A DNA stretch of 64,000 nucleotides. Origin: Bugula neritina (lineage: Eukaryota; Animalia; Bryozoa). The number at the start of each line of letters is the position of its first letter. The first letter of the stretch is position 1. The notes under the pieces were generated by a model. The model ran no database searches, was not told the DNA's origin, and saw nothing but the letters and a program-made list of their open reading frames with translations. Made by a program: the position numbers and the translations under genes. Of this stretch, positions 1 to 11,391 are shown in pieces. The DNA lies in contig OZ037765.1 in NCBI GenBank assembly GCA_964035545.1, forward strand, positions 1,426,001 to 1,490,000, in the 5' to 3' direction.

Positions 1-1329
1 AATCAACTGTTGTAAAGAACGTGTGCAAATAAACTGTGAACTACTTCTAGTATAATTAGGGTTCCATTAACATGCTTTGGCATACAAACTTAGAGATTAA
101 GACAATTAATAGCTCATTTAAATTTCAAATAGAAAATATTTATTATCAAATATTTTGCAATTCTCTGCCTGTTCTAACCCTTATCTAACAACTGTTTAGC
201 TTTTATAAATAAAAAATGTTTTAATTAGCTGGCTGTAAGACTATGTTCAATATTTGCCTCAAATAAGGCTTAGATATACAGCGCTGGCTTACAAGGAATC
301 AACTAATAACAAGCTAGAGTTGTGCCCGTTACCAGCTGTAGGTAAATGCACAAGTTTTCATTTTATTGGCCAATTTTATATGAGCTGTTTGAATAGTTGA
401 GAGTTACTAAATGCCCAGACTACATTAACTAGGATTTTTATCATTGCAATTAAAACAACTGCTAATTGCCACTTAAAGCAAGAAATAGTTTTTTACTGCG
501 TAAAAAAAGCTATGCTGCTTGCCTCTTCTTTTTCTTATAAACAAGCTAACGTATTCTAAAAAAATACTTTGAAAAATTAAAAAGTCTTCCATTGTCTGGG
601 TAACATAGGCAAAGATAAGATGGGTTATATAACATTAATGCCTATTGGAGCAATAATTTGTATTATACATTCTGTCAACCTACAGTAAAATTTTTATGCA
701 TACAAAAATGTCTTTCACAATTCTACCCAAAGCTTATATAAACAATAAAATATTGAAGAAAAGTGTTAAGAATATCATCCATATTTGCACGCCTACAGAA
801 TTTTATACATAATATACTGTATGTTATAGGTGTAATAGATATACTATCAAAAGGTAATGCATGTTAACACCCAGTGACTATTTCAAAGCTTATTATATGT
901 TTGTTTATAAAAGCATAAAAAGACAATATAATTCATATTGATATTTGCATTTGACAAATAATGAAACATCACACTAACATGAATTATTTACTGCTGAAGT
1001 AAAGAATGATAAGTCTATACCAGTTATTTTTAGCCAATATAGAGAAACAATTACTTTAAAGTGATATCAATTCAACACTTGATAATTAGGAAGTGAACCT
1101 GATCCTCTGAATAGAATGTTTGCAGACATAACAGCTGTTCCAATTCTTTCAAATAGATATTGTAAGAATTATTTTATTACTCTTTGTGATATGGTTATTG
1201 GCAGCCCAAAGTGTCAAAATATTTAGCAGCGTTACATAAAAAGAACATAATAGTATAATAATCTAAAATGCTTACAACTTTGAAGTAGCAGTTCCTATAA
1301 AAGCTCTATATATAGTGAAAGTATGCATA

Positions 1330-1393
1330 CACATAATCTGCTAAGTAATGCAGGCATTACATGTAATGCCTGCATTACTTAGCAGATTATGTG
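1330..1393. repeat. Perfect 64-bp spacerless palindrome
   Basis: cacataatctgctaagtaatgcaggcattaca|tgtaatgcctgcattacttagcagattatgtg. Confidence 0.95.
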
Positions 1394-1717
1394 ATTTCTT
1401 CTGCCTTTCTGACATTATGCCGGAAAAATATAGAACATTCTCTATCAAAGACAGATGCTCTTTCTGACATCACTAAAGGTCTTGCAAAAATTAACAAACT
1501 AATAACACACAAATTTTGCTTTTCGCTTTAAAAAAGAATTTTAGACTAGCAGAGTAGAGAAAAATAAAAAAGAATTATGAAAATTTTAGTCTTTCAATAT
1601 TCATACAATTGTCAAGTTAAAAGAGATTGTTACTATATTGAACTAATGAAGTTGTTAATGACACTAAGTGTTTGCTTAAAAGTTTAACTAAAATTTTTGC
1701 ATCAACTAAAAACTTTT

Positions 1718-1756
<39 letters not shown>

Positions 1757-2235
1757 TATATGCTACAAGCACACGCTGTACTACAGTTAACAAAAAGTGC
1801 AATCTTGTTTCAATTAAAAAAATATTTGATTTAGTTCATTGAAAACTCTTTAATAAAAATATGAGTGTAAAACCCTTTATAACAGTTGGATTCATGATAC
1901 TTTAAACTGTACATGTAGATATTTTAGTGTTATATGTGTTACATGTATGTTTAGTGTTAGCTGATAAACATTTCTCAAAGCGGAAATTTAATTAAGTTTG
2001 TAATTGTATAATAAATTATTCCATTATGATTGCATATGTTGAATTTAGTTGAACAAGTTTGCAATGATGCTTCTTTTATAATTAGTACCCAAAACTTGTG
2101 AACTGAAATAGTATGTATATAAGAGTCATTATAAACTCAGTTTGAATGAAATTGGCAAATAGTAATTTTTAAGTTGAAATAAATGCAATCAAAATAATTA
2201 TATTAGTATAATTTTTTATATTTTGATATTTCTAG

Positions 2236-5200
2236 TATTCCCAGCTTTGACTGTTTGCAATGTGAACAAACACAGACGTACAGCTCTGACTCAGAGAGAC
2301 ATTCTAGTGATGGGACCTCACCTCGGTATGACTGACGAATACATCAACTTAACTCACCCTGAAGTCTATCCAGAAAGCTGGGTCAGGACAATGTTTGAAG
2401 GTACTGACTGGGCAGCTCTGAATGAAACCTACAAAGGTGAGAGTTCTTCTTACCTTTAAAATTGATAAAAAGCTCAAGCAAGTTTATAGTTGCTATCCCT
2501 ATAATAGAAAGTGTTTTTGTTAAAGGATTGCTCTATCTTGTCTAATAAATGGCCATTTAGGTCAAACACACATAATATTGTGTTTTTCTAAGCATGCATT
2601 GACAAAAAGCATTTGACCAAAGGTAGAAAAAGTTAGTTGAAGTTGAGGGTGTAGATTGGTAACAGCCAAAACGCCGATTTTGAAATGAGCTGGGAAGTGT
2701 GACGTAACAGCGCCAGCATTCCTGCTGGTCACGTGACTATACAAATGAATAACTATAGAAATATGACTGTGAGATGTAATCTTTTAGCTTGCAATTTGTA
2801 TATTTATAGAAGTGCAAATGTGAATTATCTCAATCTATAGTTTTTTGACATTTTAAATTACATGTACGTGATAACATTAGGCTATATTTTGCTTGTAAAC
2901 ATAGAAAAAAGCCTTGCCAAAACATGCATTCTTTAGGATGAATGCCTGCGATCGATCTAAACTAAATCAGATTGTGCAATATTACTGGCGCACCAAAGCT
3001 GACCTATATAGCGCACTGTAACTGCTTGAGCATAATTGGTTGATGTTGTGCCCAGCAACCTTGAATACTAGCGTTATAATTAGCACGCGCAGCATAGTTA
3101 CTGGCGTTCACACGTCACGTATTAGGCTATTCTTTTTCATGGCTGAAAATTTTACCTCCCTCAAAATCAGAATTTTGAAAAACTGTTTTCTAGGCATATA
3201 TCCCTTTGCAAAGCCACAATTGTTTGCATACACATTAGATTATAGTTCATAATTATAATGTGATTGTAATAAACTAAGATTGAGCAATCCTTTAAAGCAT
3301 CTAAGGACTTATTTAAATGAGGCACAGGAGCAATTGTGACTGGATGCTCTTCCTAACATCACCAATGGCCTCTGTTCGGGCTGAACTCGTGACCTCGTGT
3401 TTGGAGCCATGGAGTACAGCATTTGTTTGTAGGCAAACGCTCTAACCCCTAGCCCACGGCTGCTCCCTACTTTTAGAATTAAAGGTTTCCTACATTATTT
3501 TCATTTAATTCTCTTTAGTGTTAAGTATACCCAGTGACTCTGTGGTGTAATGGTCAGGGTGCCTGTTTGCAAGCCGGAGGCCTCAGGTTCGAATTCCGGT
3601 AGAGCAAAAGTTTTATATTCTCAAACTTTGAGTTTGTTTCAGTCAACTCATACCATGCCAACTTCAAACAATTCTTGCTGCATGGTAATACATTGATTCA
3701 ACTATAACTCCAAGTAAAGTTTTATTAAAAATAACTAAAATATTCCACTGGAACCATTAGTCTAAAGACCGCATTAAAGTATCTCATATTCAATTACAAA
3801 TAGTTTTTTCTTTTACAATTTAAATTAAATATGTTCTAAAAGTCAACTACAAGCTGCAGATGCATAGCTAAAACGTACAATATATAGTATTATGCAAAAT
3901 ACTTCATATTATGAAGGTTACACGGTAAACCTAATAATGAGAGTGCATGGTGGGGCAAAGATCTTAAAACAAAATAAAAAATTAGATGCAAGAAAACTCA
4001 CCAAAAGTTCTATTAATAACAATAAATTTCATTGATATTCTAATTCAAAATAAAAAATAAAATACTTTCTAAAATGTTTCAGGACAGGAGTATGACCTTG
4101 AAGATTTCTATGAGAAAACCGCCCACAAGTTCGAGGACATGGTACAGTATTGTAGGTGGGAAGGAAATACATGTGAAGACGAATCCTGGGAAGAAGATTA
4201 TACTCATTATAGTAAATGTTACACTTTCAACAAGGAGGGAGATCATCCATTGAAAAAAGCTGGTTCAGGTATAATTTTACTTCACCTCTGCTTTCTATTG
4301 GTTAGAAACATTTGTACCTTGGTTTAAAAACAATTGTACGGCTTTGAAACAATTGTTATATCCGTTTTAGTCTTGAAATGAAAATGTTTATTTATTAATT
4401 TTAGAGAATTTCTTTAGTTTATCTAAGTATTTCATGAATGCTTTTGTTGAATGATATAGTTCTCAAAGTTACACAAAATAATTTAGATTTATGTACTTTC
4501 ACATTGAATTACTAAAATACTTTTCAAGCTAGTCTAGCTACATGTTTTCGCATGGCATTTAAACAAATGAACAGCATATGTAAACAGAAAATAAAGTCAT
4601 CTTAGCTTTATATGTGTATCCCAGCTTTCTTATTATTTTCTCATAGCAAATGGACTGCAAGTGGTTCTGTATGATGAATCAGATGAATACATTGAGACTG
4701 ACCATTCCGAAGATCTGGGATTTAAATTCCTCCCTCACAGTCCAGCAGAGCCTCCTTTTCTCAAAGAGATGGGATTTGGCTTGGCGCCAGGTTTCCACTA
4801 TCTGATTGCCCTCCAGCAGAGAGAGGTTTGTGCAGAAGTAAATTTTATTGTAAATTATATGCTGTGAGACACCATAAATTAAGTTTAATTGAATACTTGA
4901 CTGAACTCACTTGAACTTACAAATTATAGTCTCCGTAGGAAACCCTGGTGGAAAGAGGTTGTTTAAATTAGTGAAGGAATTGCCTTCCATTGTCACACAC
5001 GAGCAATTATGATTGAATACCCAGCCTTGCCTCACCAAGAGCTTTCACTGACTTTGTGTTTACTAGGCCAATGCTCTAACTCATAGACCCTAATGCTCCC
5101 TAATTGTATACTTGACTGTAAACCTTGTTCCTAATTTCTTATTAGCAAGAAACTTAAATATGAGTATATAAGCATGCAGCGGTTACAGCTTAAATATTAA

Positions 5201-8022
5201 TTCATTCATTGGAACACAAAACATGCATTCCTAACTTTAAAGATAATACAATTAGCATTATCATTATGGATGCAGTGACCAAGTTGTTACATATAAAACT
5301 AGTGGCATCAATTGTAGTAATGAATTTGCGAACTCAGCATCATAGCAGCAGCATTATAACACTTTGCCGTACCGTAGGCCGTAACATAAAATGTCAGCCA
5401 TTCTTAATGTGTCCAGGCTGAAGTTCTCAAAGTGCGTTATTGGGTACGATCTATGACACCTCATTGGACACTTATATCCAATGAGTTGAGGCAAACGTCT
5501 TCCTGTCCAACGTTGTACAGGAAGCTCAGACATTTGTAAAAATGGCTGACACTTTACGGCCTATGGTGCGGCAAAGTGTGTCTAGAAGGTAAAGCAGCAG
5601 CAGCAGTAGCAGCAGTAGCAGCAGCAGCAACAGCAGTAGCAGCAGCAGTAACAGCAGCAATAGGCTCTCTATAGAGGCTGAAATATAACTCAAATTATAA
5701 CGTTCTGTAGCCTGAGTTACTCTGTTTCAGATTAAGGGTCTAGGGCACCCGTACACAGAGTGTGAAGAAGATCACAAGACTGAATATTATTCTAACTACT
5801 CAGTCCCAGCCTGTAGAATAGAGTGTGAAACTGAATTGATATATGAATCATGTGGGTGTAAACTAGTGGAGAGCCCTGGCACCCACCCTGTCTGTACGGA
5901 TAAGGAGTATGACTGTGCTGAGGATATGCTGTGTAAGCTCAATTAGACAACAAGATAACTAAAACTTGTATTTAGTTCACAGAAAAATCGATTTATACTT
6001 AAACTTGAATATAAATTAAAACATTTTTATAAAAACAAAATAGTTTAATAGTTTAGAGATGTTGTGTGCTTGTTTTGAGAATATTCTCATTTTCATCATA
6101 CTATTATATTTATTTAAACTGTTGAGCAAAACATCCATTGCAAATAATTATATCTTGCAGTGGCAATTGTATGATTATTTGGTACAATAATTGATGCAAT
6201 ACATATGGCAGGATATCATTGGCTCCTTTTATGAGGAGGTATAATTAAGCATTCGGTAGACTAAATGTTCCCCTTGTTTGAATATACCCTGAGACGGCAT
6301 GGTTGACAAAACTATCAAGCTGTAGAGTTGTCTGCTTTTGTAAATTATGATAGTGTTTAATATAATATAGTTACACTGAGTCTAAATCTTTGAAATATAG
6401 ATTTTAAAATAATTGCTTTAAATAATAAGCAAGTCTCTGAAACATATTTTAAGTCCATTTACTTTTTCTCAAGATATATTGTTTTCTCAGTTGTTATGAT
6501 TTGGTTTTATAGTAGAAATAGAGCAGTCAGACATGTGTCTGTGCCAGAACCCGTGTCACGCCATCCAGTACCCTTTCAGGATGTCTTTCTTAGAGCTGCG
6601 GGAAGCAACTATTGAGAAACTGAGGGCGGAGCACCCAATACCCAACTCACTCACTGCGTAAGTCTATTATTAGATGCTAGTTATACTATAGTATGTGTCT
6701 ATTATTAGATTTTAATTACACTATTATGTGTCTATTATTAGATGTTAGTTTAAGTAGTATATGTGTCTATTATTAGATGCTAGTTATACTAGTATGTGTT
6801 AAGGCAATCACTTAGAATTGTAAAATGCTTGAGTGCACACCAAACTGTAAGAACATAACTTCAAAAATATTGTACTTGCTGTATCTAAATTTAATAATAT
6901 CTATTATAATTGTTATAATATTATATTATTGCAATATAATAACATAATGTCTATAACATATTATAATAATGTCTATAATATCAGCATGCAGTGGCACGGT
7001 ATAATAGATTTTAAATACACTTATACTAAAAATGAACTTTGATAAATGGCTGTGTATTTAATAATCTGATTTTGTACATGGGGCTACTACGATGTATTTT
7101 AAGACTTGTTTGCAAAACTTAGCTTTAAATAATGCTTATTTTTAAAGCTAGTATTGCAGTTTAAAAGGATCACTATTTTGTTATATTTTATTTTAGAAAG
7201 GATCTAGCAGTTCTCACTGTTTACTTTGACGCCTTATCATATGAGCTGATAGAACAAGTACCTGCTTACACGTGGCTAGATATACTGAGTAGGTCTCACT
7301 TGCTGAATCATGTCAACTAGTGTCAATGAGTGTCAACTAATGTCAAATAGTGTCACCATAAATTTAAGTGCATATTGAATTGTGTATTACTCTATGAACT
7401 GATAGAACAAGTGCCTGCTTATACATACCTAGATATTTTGAGTCACTTAATTGTTAGATTATGTCAACTGGTGTCAACATTACTTTAAGTGCATATTATA
7501 TTATTAATATAGAAGGCATGTGATTGTGAGAATAGTTATAGGAAATAGAAAATAAATTAATTTAGATTAAAAGAAATATGTTTAAATTTAACTTAATTAT
7601 TCAACTTTGCTTCAATAAAAATTTGGAACTTATAGATAATTATAGTTGTTAAACTGCTAGTGTGTATGCATGAGTAATGTTGCTAGAAATAATTTTTATG
7701 TTAATTATATTTATGAAAAAAAACAAAATCTAAAACTTTTAAAAAATAAAAAACTATTGCCCTAGATTTGCCCAGAGTTCATTTAATTTTTAAATTTTTA
7801 TTACAATCGAAAAGCAATTTTAAAAGGATTTGTTTAAAACGCTTGTCTACCTGGTTGCTTCTTGCAGGTGACTTTGGAGGTTCAATGGGATTATGGCTCG
7901 GAGCCAGTGTCTTGGCAACCATCCAACTTATAGACTATCTATTCTTATTCTGTGCCACCAAATGCCAGAGGCAACAAGTGAAGCCTGTTAGCTACAATGG
8001 GCAAAGCAATGCACATGCTTAA
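2236..8022 (+). CDS. ASIC-like DEG/ENaC amiloride-sensitive cation channel, tandem copy 1 (5'-incomplete; exons 1-2 not found in the window)
   Basis: GT-AG exons 2236-2436, 4083-4268, 4647-4825, 5731-5932, 6513-6657, 7197-7288, 7868-8022 join in frame. Motifs: [31 protein letters not shown], Cys-rich thumb (ACRIECE..CGC..C..C..CLCQNPC), and TM2 [18 protein letters not shown] with the GAS filter. Confidence 0.95.
3304..3467 (-). mobile_element. Same SINE family, 3'-truncated, with a short insertion in the anticodon arm
   Basis: aggacttatttaaatgaggcacaggagcaatt..ggctgctccc matches the other copies. Confidence 0.85.
3530..3614 (+). mobile_element. Second copy of the pseudo-tRNA repeat
   Basis: CCCAGTGACTCTGTGGTGTAATGGTCAGGGTGCCTGTTTGCAAGCCGGAGGCCTCAGGTTCGAATTCCGGTAGAGCAAAAGTTTT aligns with 9761-9849. 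Confidence 0.7.
4904..5100 (-). mobile_element. Same SINE family, old degenerate copy
   Basis: Partial matches, plus flanking repeat taattg(a/t)atacttgactg. Confidence 0.7.
5359..5579. mobile_element. MITE (~220 bp) with CACTTTG termini
   Basis: ACACTTTGCCGTACCGTAGGCCGTAA...TGTCAGCCATT pairs with AATGGCTGACAC.TTACGGCCTATGGTGCGGCAAAGTGT. Confidence 0.8.
5594..5661. repeat. (CAG/TAG/CAA)n microsatellite
   Basis: Direct reading; intronic. Confidence 0.9.
6662..6800. repeat. ~35-bp minisatellite x4 (gtctattattagatgctagttatact..atgt) starting at a splice donor
   Basis: Four gtctattattagat-anchored units. Confidence 0.85.
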
Positions 8023-9111
8023 TAATTGTTTATAATTTAATTATAGTTACCAGTATTCCTTCATAACTACTTTTCTGTCTAATAAGTTTTTCTTGTCAAA
8101 GATTTTCATGGTCTTCTTTTTCATTATAATATTTTGTTTCTATTGAATAACCTACAATGAGTCAAAAACTAGGAACAATTAGGACTGGAGTGATCAGCAA
8201 AGATGATTGTTTGAAGTCAGCAATGCAGATAAACTAGCTACTTTATAACTATACCAACCACTTCCCGATACTATACGATATCTCACATTTATATATCTAT
8301 ATTTATTATAGTCTGTTATATAACCCCTATTTAAGAGAACATAATAAAATGTTGCAACATTATTTTTCAAATTCAATCTTGGATTGACTTTATATACTAG
8401 CCACATATGTATTCACAATTTGCATGCATTATGTATATTATATTTTCATAAAATTCTTTTTTTAAAAAACAAATAATTATGTAACAGTTTACATCCTCCC
8501 TTACAATACAAACATGCAATTTATTTTCTGTGTATCTTTTCTAATCATATTTTTAGGAGTATACCTGTTATTGGAGACTTTCTGTTTTCTATGTTTATGT
8601 TTTATAGTTTAGCAATAAATTATTATTCTTACAGACTCAATGAATCATCCTGAATATTATATTCATGTTTGTCACTCTAATATCTGTACATTATTATATT
8701 AAGTCTATTGTGTGAGATGGTAGTAATAGAAATATATTTTGAGCATTTGAACAAGTTTAGGCTGTTAGCTAAATATTGCAGCATAAAACATTAAACCCAA
8801 TTATGCTATTTTTATTGTTTTAAATGTTGGGCTAGTTAATGCAAAACTTTCGTGATGCTTTGTTGAAATTGATTGATTAGCTTATTTACAAAGCTTTATT
8901 TTTTCAATCAAAAAGTATGTATTTAACAAACTGCTTTACATTTCAATTAATTCAACTTTTGACAATACGCAGGATGCAAGCATGCTAGAGCTATCAACTA
9001 TAATTATACAGCAGCCCTGTAAATGGCAACTGTATAAACATGTTTCAACTTTTGTATGCACGACGAACTACAAATAAAATGGTGAATCAAAATTCCCCTA
9101 ATATATAATAA

Positions 9112-9240
9112 AAACTCTCATGGGTTTATAGTCGCTGTCTCTGTGGAAAGATTTTGTTAAGTGGCAAGAGACTTTTTTCTATTATGGCAAGAAGCAATCA
9201 TGATTGAATATGCTCTTCTTAACTTTAACAATGACCTTTT
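9112..9240 (-). mobile_element. Same SINE family, very degenerate 3' part
   Basis: tttatagtcgctgtctctgtggaaag..agcaatcatgattgaatatgctcttc resembles the SINE body. Confidence 0.5.
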
Positions 9241-9760
9241 ATATATATTGGGGATTTAACCACAGACCATGCTGCTTTTGATTATAACGATAAGTACAGC
9301 TAAATACAAATTATCAGTAGAAAACTATCAATAATTTAATACATTATTTCAAAGTTTTTGTGTCATGCTTTCATGTATTATAATAAGTGGTTGTCAATGA
9401 AGTAACATCTGGCAAAGCTTATTAAACTACAATGGGAAAAGCAATGGCTCAACTCAAATGCTTTTTAACCTCGAAGTCTATCTAATAATTAGTTTATGCT
9501 CCACAATTATTTTTAGAGTGAGATATGGCAGGTTTTTAGTACAAATTTTATAGTCTTCTGTTTTACTATGTGTTAGTTTGACCCGCCAGTAGCCATGCAG
9601 TGGTGACTTAAGTCAGCAAGAACAATAACTCCAATTAATCAGTGATGATGACTTTAAATACTATTATACTTAAAATTGCTTTAAAATTATTTTAATGAGT
9701 ATAAATCTTGCTTGTAACAGCGACAACTAACCTTTGAACTTATAGACTGTGGCATCACTG

Positions 9761-9849
9761 AAAAAAATTGCCCTTACAGGGATTCGAACCCGAGACCTTC
9801 GGCTTGCAAACAGGCGCTTGCTAACCATTCCACCACGGAGACCTCTGGG
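9761..9849 (-). mobile_element. Second tRNA-derived repeat (Ala/Cys-like pseudo-tRNA ending in a T-run)
   Basis: Reverse complement reads CCCAGAGGTCTCCGTGGTGGAATGGTTAGCAAGCGCCTGTTTGCAAGCCGAAGGTCTCGGGTTCGAATCCCTGTAAGGGCAATTTTTTT. The acceptor stem does not pair. Confidence 0.7.
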
Positions 9850-10531
9850 TAATCTCATCTCTACAGTTACTTTTTAAATAAAGAATAAAATCGGTGACAA
9901 GCATAGACAGCTAGATATTATCACAGTGACTAAAGATGTAGCAATATTATTACCGTGAAAATATGCCCAATTTAATGGAGTTGTCATTCCATAAGTGTGA
10001 GCTCAGCATATTCAATGAAAATTGTTCTTATTATTCTGAAGTTTTAAAGATTATTTAACTACCATAAAACGTATTTGTTTTTGCAGTAAGGATCAAACCT
10101 ATTTTTAGCTTTCTTTGAAATGTTGGGAGATAAAATAATCCTGCAGCTATGTTATGTGATTAAGTATAAGTTGCTGCATAACTTCCATTGCAAAATGCTA
10201 GATTGTAGTGAAAATGAATCAGTTCACTTACTAGTTTAAAAGAGTTTGCTTTGTATTCTAATTTAATAATTAATACAAATAGCATGCATTAAGGAAAACC
10301 ACTTTTCATTGCACTCGATTGGACACTAACTACACACAATACACAGGATGCAGGAATGCTAGAGCTAGCAACTATAATTATGCACCATACCTGTAAATAG
10401 CAACTGTATAAACAAGTTTTAAGTTATAATTAGTTCAGCTGGACATATAAAAGTGTCAGATTAAAGAAAAGCTTAAGATATTCAAGGTTCTAGGTTAAGA
10501 GTTTGCTAAATAAAACTTGCTATACTCACTC

Positions 10532-11314
10532 ATGATGTCAGAAGATGATGATAAACTTAACTTTACTGTGTTTGCTGAAGACAGTGATTTGCATGGAGTT
10601 AGACAAGTTACCAGAGCTGAGAACGGGGTGGTAAGTTTTGTGTAAATGACAATTTATATAGAATCTAGATTATAAAGCCTGGAATGTATTTGCAAATTTA
10701 TATTTAAAAACATGCAGTTTATGGTTTGGTATTTGATAGTAAAACTAGAGTAAGTGAGGCAATGGGTATTATATAATCATTTTATGCGTACATAAATATA
10801 TATTTTTCATAAATTATAAACAACTAGAAATGTCATTTATGCAACAAAAGTTAAATTTTGTTGTATTTATGAGCTATTATGATTTGGTATAGAGTATAAA
10901 CAAACAAGTAATAGTTACATTGCATGTTAACAAACAAACAATTAACAATAGCAAGAAAACACACAATTTAAATATTGAAACAAGGATTTCTGTTTATTAC
11001 TTAGATTAAGTTTAGCTTCGTAAATATGCAGGGCCTTACTTAACTTATAATTATCTAGAGAAAAATATATCGAAAAATAAAGAATTTTTGTATTATACAG
11101 ATCCTATTACTAGTTTGGTGTCGTAACCTATAATGTAACGTAAATGTTTTACTATATTTTAGCCCAGAAGAATACTATGGGCTGTGCTACTCACGTGTGC
11201 TCTTGGAATATTGGTGTACAACACTACTCAACAAATCATCAACTTCTTTAAATATGAACACATTACTAAGATAGATATAGAGTTTGTACACGAGCTGGGT
11301 AAGAAATTTATATA

Positions 11315-11391
<77 letters not shown>

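Noticed and set aside
3530-9849. Possible functional tRNA genes at 3530-3614 and 9761-9849, and the SINE heads
   Set aside because: Acceptor and anticodon stems do not pair, and the copies are embedded in repeats; these are SINE/pseudo-tRNA.
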